A DNA stretch of 63,241 nt, counting the filler, from Choristocarpus tenellus KU-1152 (Eukaryota > Protista > Phaeophyceae): assembly GCA_964200185.2 (NCBI GenBank). It is 10 parts of 10 records of this genome, joined end to end, with 100 filler letters (N's around TTAATTAATTAA, not from the genome) between each part and the next. Parts side by side here need not be neighbours in the genome. Positions count along the whole stretch, not along the records: positions 40,618 to 49,923 come from CAXNAD020003796.1; positions 50,024 to 52,865 come from CAXNAD020024275.1; positions 52,966 to 57,638 come from CAXNAD020013519.1; positions 57,739 to 60,444 come from CAXNAD020025452.1; 6 more parts are not named here. The stretch is one strand, 5' to 3'. Under the pieces are notes generated by a model. That model did not search any database. It saw only the letters and a program-made list of their open reading frames with translations, and had not been told where the DNA came from. How positions within the stretch are numbered: position 1 is the first letter of the stretch; every line of letters begins with the position of its first letter. This document shows positions 48,961-60,544 of the stretch, piece after piece. The position numbers and the translations under genes are program-made.

Positions 48961-49348
48961 TTACATCCTCACCGCAACAAAAATAGTAGTTGCAAAAAAA
49001 ATCCCCAGAAATAAGGAAAAATTCCGTGCCTTACCATGCCTTACGGTTAGATATTCACGAACCAGTTTCTACTAGCATGTTGGTCGACTTCCCACGTGAT
49101 GTCAAGCAAGGACATAACTTGCCATCACTATCCCATGTTCGGTAGTAGGTTAGGTGGGTTCCATGGAAAGGTAGACAGACTGGAGAGGTTGAATATAGGC
49201 GCCAAATCCAGTCACAATGCTCAAAACCCGAATCACGACGGGTTGGATTCTCACCAACCACACTCCTAAAAACGTGCTTCATTTTGTTCAAAAGTAACCC
49301 TACACATTTAAAATTGTGCTTCAAAAAAGGACCAAAGGAATATTTTCA

Positions 49349-49421
49349 AGCCGAATATGAGAATCGAACTCACGACCTACTCCTTACGAAGGAGCCGCTC
49401 TAACCCCTGAGCTAATCCGGC
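49349..49421 (-). tRNA. trnT-CGT: tRNA-Thr (anticodon CGT), no intron
   Basis: GCCGGAT TA GCTC AGGGGTTA GAGC G GCTCC TTCGTAA GGAGT AGGTC GTGAG TTCGATT CTCAT ATTCGGC T folds into a full cloverleaf. A T6 run about 20 bp downstream fits a Pol III terminator. Confidence 0.95.
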
Positions 49422-50779
49422 CAACACTACAGTTTTTCAGAAGAATTCAGATTTATTAATAGTCAAAATATCTGAATAACTGAAGATAAGGTATTGTCAA
49501 AAATACTTCGTCTTTTTTGGGATTTCCCAACATTGATGAGGATAATATGCACTGTCATGTACATTTGCGCATGCCACCTTTTGCCATTGAGACCAGGCCA
49601 AGTGATGTGGTGTGGCTCAGACGCACGACCAGCTTGGGGTGACCCTGATTTGAACGGTGGATTCAAACCAGCAAAGCCTGAGATAGTGTTTTCTGTTCTG
49701 ACTGGTCACAACCAATCATGGTGGAGACTGTTTCACATGGCACTCTGACGCTGTCAACATACGAGCAGGACGCTTCAGTCTCATCTCTCACTTCCTTTCT
49801 GAACCTCATCTCTGGTGGTTCTCATCACCCCCCATCACAAAGAACCAGGCGTCATAACAGTACACATATTTTAGACCCAAAGCATCTGGGGGGGGGGGGG
49901 GGGGGGCTAACCCCGGGGGTTTTNNNNNNNNNNNNNNNNNNNNNNNNNNNNNNNNNNNNNNNNNNNNTTAATTAATTAANNNNNNNNNNNNNNNNNNNNN
50001 NNNNNNNNNNNNNNNNNNNNNNNTGATTCCTCTTCCTTCGTAGTCTATGTATCATATACAATGCATTCGATTCAGGTTTCAACAATAATCCCAACAAATT
50101 TCGAAATAAGGACGAAACCCTATGCGATACACATCACAGTGTAATGGGTGATAGAGCTCCCTTTATAGCAGAGGAAAAATTGTTATTGAGGTGAACAAAT
50201 GTTCACCTCTGGTGTACTGTGTTTATATTTGGGTGTATCTGCATGCTGCAATTGCGCTCTGAACATGTCTAAAGTACAAATGTGAACTCAAGTCTAGAAC
50301 CAAAGCTGTTGTTTTCCAAGCAATAACGACTAGACCAAGCATTAACGACTAGACCAAGTCATTAGTTGACAGGAGGCACACCGTTTCTGCCAATTACGAA
50401 CGAAGTCCACGAAATGAACTGCCGTGTCGACATGATGTATCTAATAACCAGAATATGAGAGTGTGACGGTACCAAATTCAGAAACACAAATCCGAGGAAT
50501 ATATAAGGAGTTGAACGTAAGGTTCAGACTCCCAATTATACGTATTACAAACAGTTTACCAACGTCCTCAGGACCTGTGGTTAAGTGTATGACTACACTG
50601 ACTCTTTAGAGCGGTTCGTACACACCTAACAACACTATGAGCGTGATAAGCCCATCGTATCTAAACTATTCAGAATTGATCATCGGGGACTGTATCCAAG
50701 GTACAGGAATCCATCCATAAATCTAACACAAATTATGACCCTTACTTCAAGTTCTAACAAGGCCAAAAAAGCCCTACTT

Positions 50780-51657
50780 CATGTCATGGGCATGTTTGAA
50801 GTCGCACCTCTTGTCCTTCTTCCACCAACTTACAAGCTGTGGATAAACATCTGTCAGAACACGCCATATATTCAAGGGCGAGGAAAACTTCTCTTTCCAC
50901 ATCTGTGCTTATATAAAACTCAGGAACACAGCCTTCTTTGCAGCGAGCGCTTTGACATCCTCTGCGTAAAATAGGACAATAGTGAGGTGTACCTTATTTA
51001 GTCTGTGAGAGATGTAACTAATGAGATAATACATCCGGATTATGAATGGGAATATGCATATATGGGTTTTTATTCTGTATTCAACTACTTTGACATAACC
51101 ATGGACTTATGTATGAGGCACAAATAATTATAAAACAAGCAATGGGAAGACACCCCACAAAGGTCACTCTTTAATTCCATCCATTCTTTCCACGTTCAGC
51201 AAAGGGGATCGTGTAAGGCTTCACACCTTCTTGTCTTCACTACTGATAAATAGCATTACCTCCCAAGGCAAATTGCACATCCTCCACACGCAGCGTCTTC
51301 CTTGCATTTCCCCTGCCATCACATAACCTATCCAGGATTTCATTCGTGGACGAAGCAATAGTCATCCAGTACAATGTGCTCAGCAGATTTACCTGCCTGC
51401 ATCGATTTGAACTGGTGGTCGTGTGTAACCTACTGGAGGACACAGGTTTGCACATGGTTATAGATTGATGCCGATCTCTTGACCGAGTGGAGGAGTTCCG
51501 ACATGCAAGCCTCAAGGAATATTGCTGTCGTTCCGATGTTGAATTGGCCATCAGAGTGGATCGATTGCGGCCCAGAGCAGGGGTCACCGCTGGATCTAGG
51601 ATCGTCATAATTGTCATCTTCTCCTAAAGCACCTCCCCCTTTTGTGACGGATTCCAT
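50780..51657 (-). CDS. Possible histone-fold (Spt3/TAF13-like) gene, exon structure unresolved
   Basis: Peptides TTAIFLEACMSELLHSVKR, RLCDGRGNARKTLRVEDVQFALG (followed by a GTAATG donor) and DVEREVFLALEYMA. I could not join them into one clean frame. Confidence 0.3.
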
Positions 51658-52184
51658 CCACAGATCTGTGCCGTCTGCCCCTTTTTCTTCGTCTCCCTAT
51701 TTCTCTGTACAGCAGATAAAATACTTTGAAGCAATGTAGCGAGGGGCTCTTCATGTGTTACAGAACGCTCCAGAATTCACCTCCATAGGATGTGCAACTC
51801 TAATCCAACGACCTTAAAACGACGCTACGGGGGTATTTCCACAGTTGATAGCCACATGCGGATGTCAGCCACTCCTCTCTCGATGCATCACTTAGTGCTT
51901 AGCTCAAAGCTTCACTTAATGTTTTTATCGAGAAATAAAGAGTGAATCAAGACGTGCTTTGGTGGCAGTCAATGTATTCTTCATTTGCATCATGCACCCA
52001 AATTCTACAGACTACAAATTGAAATATATCTGCCAGTCGTTTTATATGTACTCGGAATACAAATCTTTCCCGCAACTTCTAAGAAATCAGCTTAAATCAG
52101 CTTTATTCTGTAAGGTAGTCTGTTTGCTACAAATCTCGTATACTGCCCGTGTCTAGCTAGAACACGAGAAGAAATGCTCGCACT

Positions 52185-52361
52185 GACCCAAAGTATCTGG
52201 GGGGAGGGGGGGAGGGTCTACACCAGGATGTCCATTTGGGCAAAACCAGAAAAAGTGCACTTTCATTGTCCATATAACATATGGAGTCAAATCACCCAAC
52301 AATGGTGACATGGAAAAAATTGGCCCCAAATGGACAGTCGCCACCCCCCCCAGATACCTTT
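52185..52361. mobile_element. MITE family A; further partial copies at 30426-30468, ~38479-38560, 40618-40646, 49874-49923, 52966-53020
   Basis: GACCCAAAGTATCTGGGG plus the conserved interior. Four of the five partial copies abut contig linkers. Confidence 0.85.
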
Positions 52362-52399
52362 CACCGCTATTTGCCCGTAACACATGTCCTCTCCTTTCT

Positions 52400-52865
52400 T
52401 ACTACTCTCAGAGTCCAGACCTTCATTACCAGACCTCGCTGTCCCACGCCCTGCTTATATCTTGAAGGTTGTAAACATGTTGAACGTCGACAGCTTCCTA
52501 ACAAGGAAGGCCTTCCACAAACTGGGGATCATGGTTCCCGCCCAGAAGAGTTTAGATCATTACCACACTTCCTGGCTGGGTGCTCAAGTTGTACTAGCAT
52601 TCTCCCGTGTATGGTTTGAATTTTTTCCCGAATGGCTGTGGTGAGAGGTCCTCAGTGGAGTACTCAGACTGGAAGCGTACTTGGCTGCGAAGGGCATCGT
52701 AGTCAGGCGAAAGTCCAGAGATTATTGCAGCCCGAAGGTGAAAATCACTGATGGTTTCACCGAAGCCTTCCAATTCCGCCTTGGCCTTGTAGAGACGTAG
52801 GAGCCATTGATCGGGGTCTTCGCCAGTCTCCATGGTACAGTTCTCGAAGCGATGATGAACTGCAC
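52400..52865 (-). mobile_element. Ty1/copia gag remnant
   Basis: FENCTMETGEDPDQWLLRLYKAKAELEGFGETISDFHLRAAIISGLSPDYDAL is a copia gag (UBN2-like) pattern, followed by decayed sequence. Confidence 0.75.
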
Positions 52866-54699
52866 NNNNNNNNNNNNNNNNNNNNNNNNNNNNNNNNNNN
52901 NNNNNNNNNTTAATTAATTAANNNNNNNNNNNNNNNNNNNNNNNNNNNNNNNNNNNNNNNNNNNNATGAAAAAATTGACCCCAAATGGACAGCCGCCACC
53001 CCCTCCCAGATACTTTGAGCCTTTTCTGTTTTCTCGTTTTCATATATACATATATTACTATCATGGTGTATGAGAAGGCGTTTACTTAAAGCAATAGACA
53101 CTCTCTATTGTTATTGTGTTAATTGTATTGTTTGTATTTTTTTTTCCCCCTCTCTGTGACAACATCTCCATAATGTGAGTGAGCAGAATAATACAAATTG
53201 AGCAGATAAAAATATGATAATGCCTCCAACACAAACTATTCCAGTCTGAAGTTGAAACAAGAATAGGGATGGTTGACCCCCATTGAAGTGGTTACTTAAA
53301 CTCCTAAAGGGGTTATGAAAGATCAGATATCAATACAAAATGAGTCAATGAATATTCTATAATATTGCAGGTTACAACAAATTATTTCATGACGTTACTA
53401 ATATAATTATTGTACTTCTTCTCCCCCGTTAGAGCAGTGACTATCCCAACCTGCGGTCAGTGAGGTATTACACAATGCGCTACATCTCATTTGCTATCTA
53501 TGTAGTACTGGTAGAACTCACTGTTGAACTAACACTAATTGTACTGTACTACATCTTATATACTATCTATATTACTACTGCAACTTGATGTCGTACTACT
53601 ACTAATTTTACTGCCTCCGTTTATGCCCTACTTCTTGCGTGTTGGGTTCAGGCATCCCACTTGCCTGTTTACTCTGCCTGGGGGTTTCATGTTGGGACCT
53701 CTTTTCTCGTTTTTCGTCAATATATACTCGGGAGTATATGCGTATTGAAGAATTTGTGGAGTTGGTAGTAAAGTGGTATTGTTGAAGAATATTATGGTGC
53801 GATCAATATATAGATATGATGCATTCCATATAGTATTTGCTTCAGCAGGTGTAGTCTATATTTGGACCCCAGTCAGGGAGTTTCCTCCTGAAGCTTCTTC
53901 AATGACATGTATAGATTCTAGAGATAGAGACATCACAACCATAGGTGCTTTCGAGCAGCTGGAAACAAACCTATATGAAGTGGGCAAAGTCCTCAGCATG
54001 GACAATATTTACGCTGTACCATCTCAGGGCCACTAACCTACGCCCTCTAAACTGTAATTCCTCGCCACTGCAGCCATCAATCTAGCTTTGAACCCCAATT
54101 GTTTTGTCACATTCAGGGGTAATTTAGAGTTTAAGTCTCATGGCTGCTGGCTATACACCTGAGCGAGGTGGCGGGCAAACAAATTGCCTGCTTAATTCGT
54201 ACACCACACACCAGGTGAGGGTCATTCGGGTTAGGTTTAGAGGTAGGGTTAGGTCCCACCATGGAGCACGGCAGACAGCCCCGCCTTGTGAACCCTAGAG
54301 AATATTATGGAGGTGTCGACTCTGCTGAGTCAACCTTTTTCTTTTATGGGAGATGTGGTAATACGTTTCTTTTAGGTTCAGGCGAAAATGACCACAAATT
54401 CAGGGGTCCTAGACCTTTCTTCGGTAAGACACCACCAACACACTGCTCTTGTGTGTTTGTTGGTGCCCACTGTCTCCATCCTTCTGGCCAGACAACAAGG
54501 GCCCTATGGAGAGGTCTCTGCACGTGACATATGTGCGAGTCCCATAGCACGGCCACTAGGATCGTCAATTCACACCATCATGATCTCATCAGGAGTCTCA
54601 TTATAGGACCTAGTAGGGATTATCGGTGAGGACTGGGTTGACTGGGCTGGTACATCCAATCCTGCTCCAGTTCCGGACGTTCATACCCTGCCAGCTCAT

Positions 54700-55020
54700 A
54701 GTGCCAGGATCACAAGGAGGGCCCAGCATGAGGTCACATGCCCACTGAACAGGATTCACTTCGACTCCTTCAGGAGGACGTAACAAAAAACTTTCTGCTG
54801 CCCCAGGAACGGCGATGGAAGTTCCTTGCTGGCCCTTACCTCCTACGTAGCCAGTTTGGGCAAGAGACTAATGTACGGGTCTCATCAAAGCCCCTGGAGC
54901 CAGTACGCCTGATCCATCTTGTGGAGTTCAGTCTCACTGTGAGCTGGTCTCCTAGGGAGAGAAGGGACCTTGTTGGACAGGTACCTGTTGGCCAGGTGCA
55001 GGAGACAGAATGTAGGCACA
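54700..55020 (-). mobile_element. Possible copia integrase C-terminal remnant
   Basis: Fragments GPARNFHR and VLLKESK*ILFSGHVT resemble the copia post-integrase LG..N....RV....S..VTW segment. Confidence 0.3.
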
Positions 55021-55026
55021 AGATAT

Positions 55027-55286
55027 GAGTCAAACCATCTTAGAGGGTAGAGCCCCGTCCATTTGGAGGAAAAAATCCAATGTTGCAATTTTGACGTAGT
55101 TTTGACTATCAAGTTTGTTAGGAGATGTCAATATCCTTGTTCCAGACAAACCTTTTCGTAGAGTTCACATTTTACCTACTCCGAAACATTTTAGAGTAGG
55201 TAAAATGTCATACAAAAAACTGTGGGAAGCCAAGCCCCAAATGGACAATCAGGGAAAAACTCATACCCTCAAAGATACTTTCGCTC
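55027..55286. mobile_element. MITE family B, empty copy
   Basis: GAGTCAAACCATCTTAGAGGGTAG ... TACCCTCAAAGATACTTTCGCTC; flanks ATAT/GTAT. Confidence 0.85.
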
Positions 55287-56990
55287 GTATGCTCGAACCT
55301 GGCCCAGGGCGGGACGACAGGTAGCCAGCTCACGCCTGTGGTCAAACAAACAAGCCTGATCTGCAAGGGGATGGGAATTCCTTGCACACTAAGAGATGGC
55401 AGTCAGTTCACAGTGGACAGGAATTCCGCATTAACGTGCTCCATGCTGGGACTTGCAGAGGCTAACTTAGTACCCTTACAGAGTCTGTCACTCGGCCAAC
55501 TCATCCACCAAGAATGGTGTCACTGTTGCAATAGCTGAGCCGTGACAGTGCGCACACTACACAAGGGATCTTTTACCCGCATACTATTAATTTTGTGACT
55601 CGTTACACAAGGAGAAAGCTTCCTCTATGAGTTGACCACCCATGTAAGAGGGGGGAGAGGGTCTGAGAGATATACCGGGTAAGAAGTTAACTATGTAAGA
55701 TCACCCATCTTACATATGCGTGTATTATCGGCGTACTGGGTTTTGCTTTTACTCACACGCACAGATACGTCCAGACGTGCAAGGAGCAGGGGCTTTCCAC
55801 TCGTACGTTATAAACGTTCGCATTTGGGTTTAATATGGTGGAAAACAACCAAACCACACCTTGGGAGACGTTGAAAACATGATACGTCAAAATCTGTCTT
55901 ACGTTGCACGAGGTTTCATGCCTCTTCCTTACTCCGCTATGTACCTATGTATTTGTAATTATCTTATTACACGAGCAATGGAATGGTCAAGACCCCTTTG
56001 AGACAGAATTATATTATAACTGAGCAGGATATTTTTTCTAGAAAGGTAATACGTTTCAACCTGGAGATATCTGGTTGGTTGGTGGGCACGGGGGCCATAC
56101 AAACCGTTGTAATATTCCCTTATCACAAGAAAAATGTCGAACCATGAAATGAGGTGTGGCAAGGCTTCATTATGAAGGTGGTACTTTTTTTTATTGAATT
56201 CTGGTATTAATTATCCAAAGTATACGTGGGAAACACTGCAAATTGTACACCTGTACCATCCTATCCATCGTTATGCCACAAAAAACGATGGATAAAGAAC
56301 AAGGTGTCAAGGTTTCATTGCTGATTGACCCCAAAGTGGGTCCAGCACAAGATTTTGTGGAGGAGGTGGAGCTACAAGAAGTGAGACGGCTGAACCCAAT
56401 ATGCGAGAAATGAGGCACGAATGGAAGCAGTACGATTAACTGTCATGCAACAACTAGTTTTAACAGTAGTTAGTGTTGCAGTGTGCAGTGGCTCTGACTA
56501 TGGGTTGCGATATTCCCCACACGAAGAGTGAAGCAAAATAATCATGTATTATATGAAAGACGATTATATAATAATACGATGAAAGATCCAAGGGGTAGGT
56601 CCAGCACACGATTCAAGGAAGAAGGGTGGAGCGACAAGTGGTGAGATGGCCAAACTCAGTACCCCAGAATCAAAGCATGTAGAGTTTGTATTCGAGCATC
56701 AATTACAGTAGTTGATCCGAGAAGTAGTGCTGTATTTACTGCCACTAACCACAGGTCGGGATAGTCGACTAAAGCAATGCAATTACTCCAGCATATTTAA
56801 TTATTTATTCATTACACTCCAGAGCAAAGTGGTATTTGTACCTATCGCTACTTGTGGAGTGGTGTATATTTGTAGCTATTGGCCAACCTCCCTACACACT
56901 TCAATTCTACCTCTAGTCCAACATTTTTTCAGATAAACATTTCAAGGGATTGTTTTGTAACAGATTTGTTTCCTTCAAATCCTAACGCCA

Positions 56991-57040
56991 ACCCCAACCC
57001 TAGACCTACCCCTAGCCCTAACCCTAACCTCAACCCTAAC
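56991..57040. repeat. Short degenerate (CCCTAA)n telomere-like tract
   Basis: cctaac gccaac cccaac cctaga cctacc cctagc cctaac cctaac ctcaac cctaac. Confidence 0.7.
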
Positions 57041-59391
57041 TTCTACTTGTGTGATGTGGATACTGCGGATTTATGGGCGCATTACTACCATAGTTAATTC
57101 AGTTAATTTCGGCTCACCTATATTTGTTCAATGTTCCTTGAATACTATAAAGAAGAGTTGAAGTTAGTGATGATCCAGAAACAATGTGATCGTCTATCAG
57201 GGTGTCGTCTACCGTCTCTGTCATTGAGAGTCGAGGACGCACCATACTAATAAGGTGAGTAAAACTCGGTATTACAATATATAAATATATGTGATATTAA
57301 TATAAATCTACTACTAGTGTTTTGCATTTCGTTCGTCAGGGATGATCCTGACCCATGGTCAGAGGCACTACATAAAGGCACTGCTTCGAAGTACAAAAAG
57401 TATTAACTACAGACTAAATGTTGCACTACGACTAATTGTACCGCCCCTGCTCTTGCCTTCCTTCTCGTGCGATGGGTTCAGCACTCCCACCGCTCATTGC
57501 TCTATCTCCTCCCTTAAACCTTCTACTGGACCCCATTCCAAAAAGAGTTGTTTGACCGAAACGGATGCCCTCTCACAACCACCCCCCCCCCCCCCCCCCC
57601 CCCCCCCCCACCCCCACGCACACGCCCCACCCACCCCCNNNNNNNNNNNNNNNNNNNNNNNNNNNNNNNNNNNNNNNNNNNNTTAATTAATTAANNNNNN
57701 NNNNNNNNNNNNNNNNNNNNNNNNNNNNNNNNNNNNNNAATCCGATGCAACATTGGAGGAATCTGCGTCGATGGGAGCGAAGCATCATATAGTGGACCTG
57801 GCGGAGTGCCTATGTTACACAACCAACGATAGAACAGAACCCCAAGCACTTCAGGCATGAGTGTTTAAATCTTTAACTCAAGTTTTTTAGAAAGATGATT
57901 TGATGTCCTACAAAAGAGCACAATTGTATGTGTGGAAACAGCTGCAAGCTTTTTGGTCTCTTTGGCTGATTCTGGTGGTGATGTCAGCTTCATTATTACA
58001 GATGGTGTCTCAAAGGTAAACAGACTTGTCTGCCTGCTTACTAGTCACAGCGATTTGGTACAGGGGCTTCACAATCGCTTGTCAGAAAAATGGCGAGATT
58101 AAAAAAACGTTGAGAAAATATCAAATAGCGTGTTCCATCTCACACCAAAAAGGCAACCTCTATCCAGTTGAGTTTCACAGTTAAGCTGTGCTCCGTAAAA
58201 ATCTTAGGAGCTATAGATGGACGCGTTTGTTCACAACTGGGTAGGATACCATGAATTAGGAAAAGAAAGAAAAGGCTCTTTACTGAGACAGAGTTACGCC
58301 TTGTCTCACTCCTTTATCTGCCTCAAAGAATTTGATATCTTTGATGCCTTTGACATAATTTTTTTTCACTGTAAATGGCGGCTAGAACGACGTACTATAT
58401 TTATCTGTCCACGAGTAACTTCAACCAGGTTGAACGTGGCTGTCAGGATCGAGAAGGCTAGCGCGAAATCATGAAGGCTGCCACGTATCAAGACTCGGAT
58501 TATGTACTGACTGGCACTATCCTCCATGACCTCCATCAAGACTTCATATTCCTCTCCAATTTCGCCCCGAACCGCAGCCCGATACCCTGATGGTGTATCA
58601 AAATGGTAAGGGACCCTGGTTTGTCCGTCGCCTCCCTTTCTGGCTTCTGTGAGTCTCCCAGGGTATGCCTTCGACTAAATCAGTCGTCAGGACTGCGGAT
58701 GTGCCAGGTGGGTTTGGTGGAGGTGAGATCTTATCTAGAGAAGGTTGACTACTGCCTTTGCATCCTCAAATTCGCACTTATCTTCGGCCGCATTTTTGTT
58801 TGATGTTGCAATGATATGGACTTCTAACTTGTTGAATCCCCTTCTTTGGACTGTCGGCGTGAGTACTACCGTCGTGAGGCAGGGTGCAGTCAGTCGTGCG
58901 GGGTGTTCAGAATCACAAGTAGTAGTGTGACGGTTGGGTGCTTCCAGCAAACCCAAACCTTTCTCGTTAATCAAATCTTAGGAAAAGTTTTGATGGGGTC
59001 TCAGATCCGACAGGTGGTATCACATCTTTGTGAACGTTCAAATGTAAGTGGTTTGAGGATCTTCAAAAGTTTACGAGTTTGATCTTGGTGGGAAAGTCAC
59101 TAATGACAAAGAAATGTGCGCACAATACACTTCTGTTTGCGCGCGGATGTGGATTGGACTGAGATCAGGTGTCCGTCACACATACACAAAATTTTACTCT
59201 ATTGTGTGTAGGGTTAGGATTTTTTGTGTTAATATCCCGAGAAACTCCAAAGAAATATACCCTGATTTGTTAAGGGGGAACCCAATTCATCCGGAGCATG
59301 TCACATCACTCACTATTTGTGGTGTTTTCCAATATTGGTGAGGCTGGAACACCTCCTTACGTCTCCTTCTGTGTGCTCTCGTCCAACTATG

Positions 59392-60248
59392 ATATGGAGC
59401 ACTATGTTACCGAGCCCTTTCTCACCCTGGGCTATTCACCACCTATGGAAAGTTCTTCCGTATACAGATGTCGACACCTATCGTTGGAGGAAGTCCAATC
59501 TTTCCGTCAAGGCAACAAAAGTTTCCTTGTCCCAGTGACCGTCGTCGAGGGTTGGCTCCAGGTCAAGGGACCATGTACCTTCGTCAAGTGTGGAAACGGT
59601 CTATACCACACCGTAAATTCTAAAGACGGGTTCTACTGTTTTTCGGAAGGGGGGGGAGAATTCGAGACCTCTGAGGTGGACGAGGACAACCTAGAAGGAA
59701 AAGGTCCAGACATTAAGGAGGAAGTGCCGACACAGTGCCCTTCAGATGGAGATACCGTCCGCAAGGACCATGCAGTGCCAGAGGCTGAACAGCACAACGA
59801 AGCCGGGAAAAGTATGACCCTCACGTTCGGGCCTGAACTCACAATGGATAATACGATATTTCCACCATCGAGTCGTTCAAAGACCGCAACCTTTCTTGCT
59901 GACGAAGTGTACGACTTCCTGACAAATGGCAACTATCCGAGTCGACTGGAGCAACGATGGCTGGACAAAGACAAGAGAGCGACTAGCAATTTCGCAGAGC
60001 GAGCCCGCAGGAACTGGAGGATTTGCCTGCAAGCGGAGTCAAAGACCAGTCAACATGCTGGAGAGGCAGACACGGCTGGAAACGAGAAGAACAGTAAAGG
60101 TTGGCACGAAGGAGTTGACGCTGATGACTTCATTCTTATCCATGTAAGCGACTGCAGGACGAGGAGGGAGATCCAAAACGAAGAGACCTCGAGTCGTGCT
60201 CACCGTGTTGTGCCCACCAGGCGGATGATCGAACACATCTTGCAACAG
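59392..60248 (+). CDS. Long exon of an unknown protein ending in a Ginger/Gypsy pre-integrase-like region
   Basis: Open frame of about 285 codons from ATG ~59392. It contains EVYDFLTNGNYPS..DKRATSNFAERARRNWRI..LIHV..RVVPTRRMIEHILQQ, then a CAG|GTACTA donor just before the expected first His of an H2C2 zinc motif. Confidence 0.5.
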
Positions 60249-60544
60249 GTACTAACTACCACATGCCATATTTCACGCAATAGTATATTCTCTAACGAAA
60301 AAAATATTCCTTCCGCGACCGTGAAATACATCGACTCACGCAGCCTTGGCGTAAGGGTGACAAAAATGTCATTACCTTGACACCACCAGAAACTGCATTT
60401 GACCCCATGCATGCACTTCTAAAGTATCATCCATGCCCTCTCTGNNNNNNNNNNNNNNNNNNNNNNNNNNNNNNNNNNNNNNNNNNNNTTAATTAATTAA
60501 NNNNNNNNNNNNNNNNNNNNNNNNNNNNNNNNNNNNNNNNNNNN

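Noticed and set aside
49383-49389. U32 rather than C32 in the tRNA-Thr(CGT) anticodon loop
   Set aside because: From memory U32 also occurs in plant tRNA-Thr(CGT), so it is not clearly unusual.
50105-50125. GGACGAAAC as half of a hammerhead ribozyme
   Set aside because: There is no CTGANGA core or stem II upstream.
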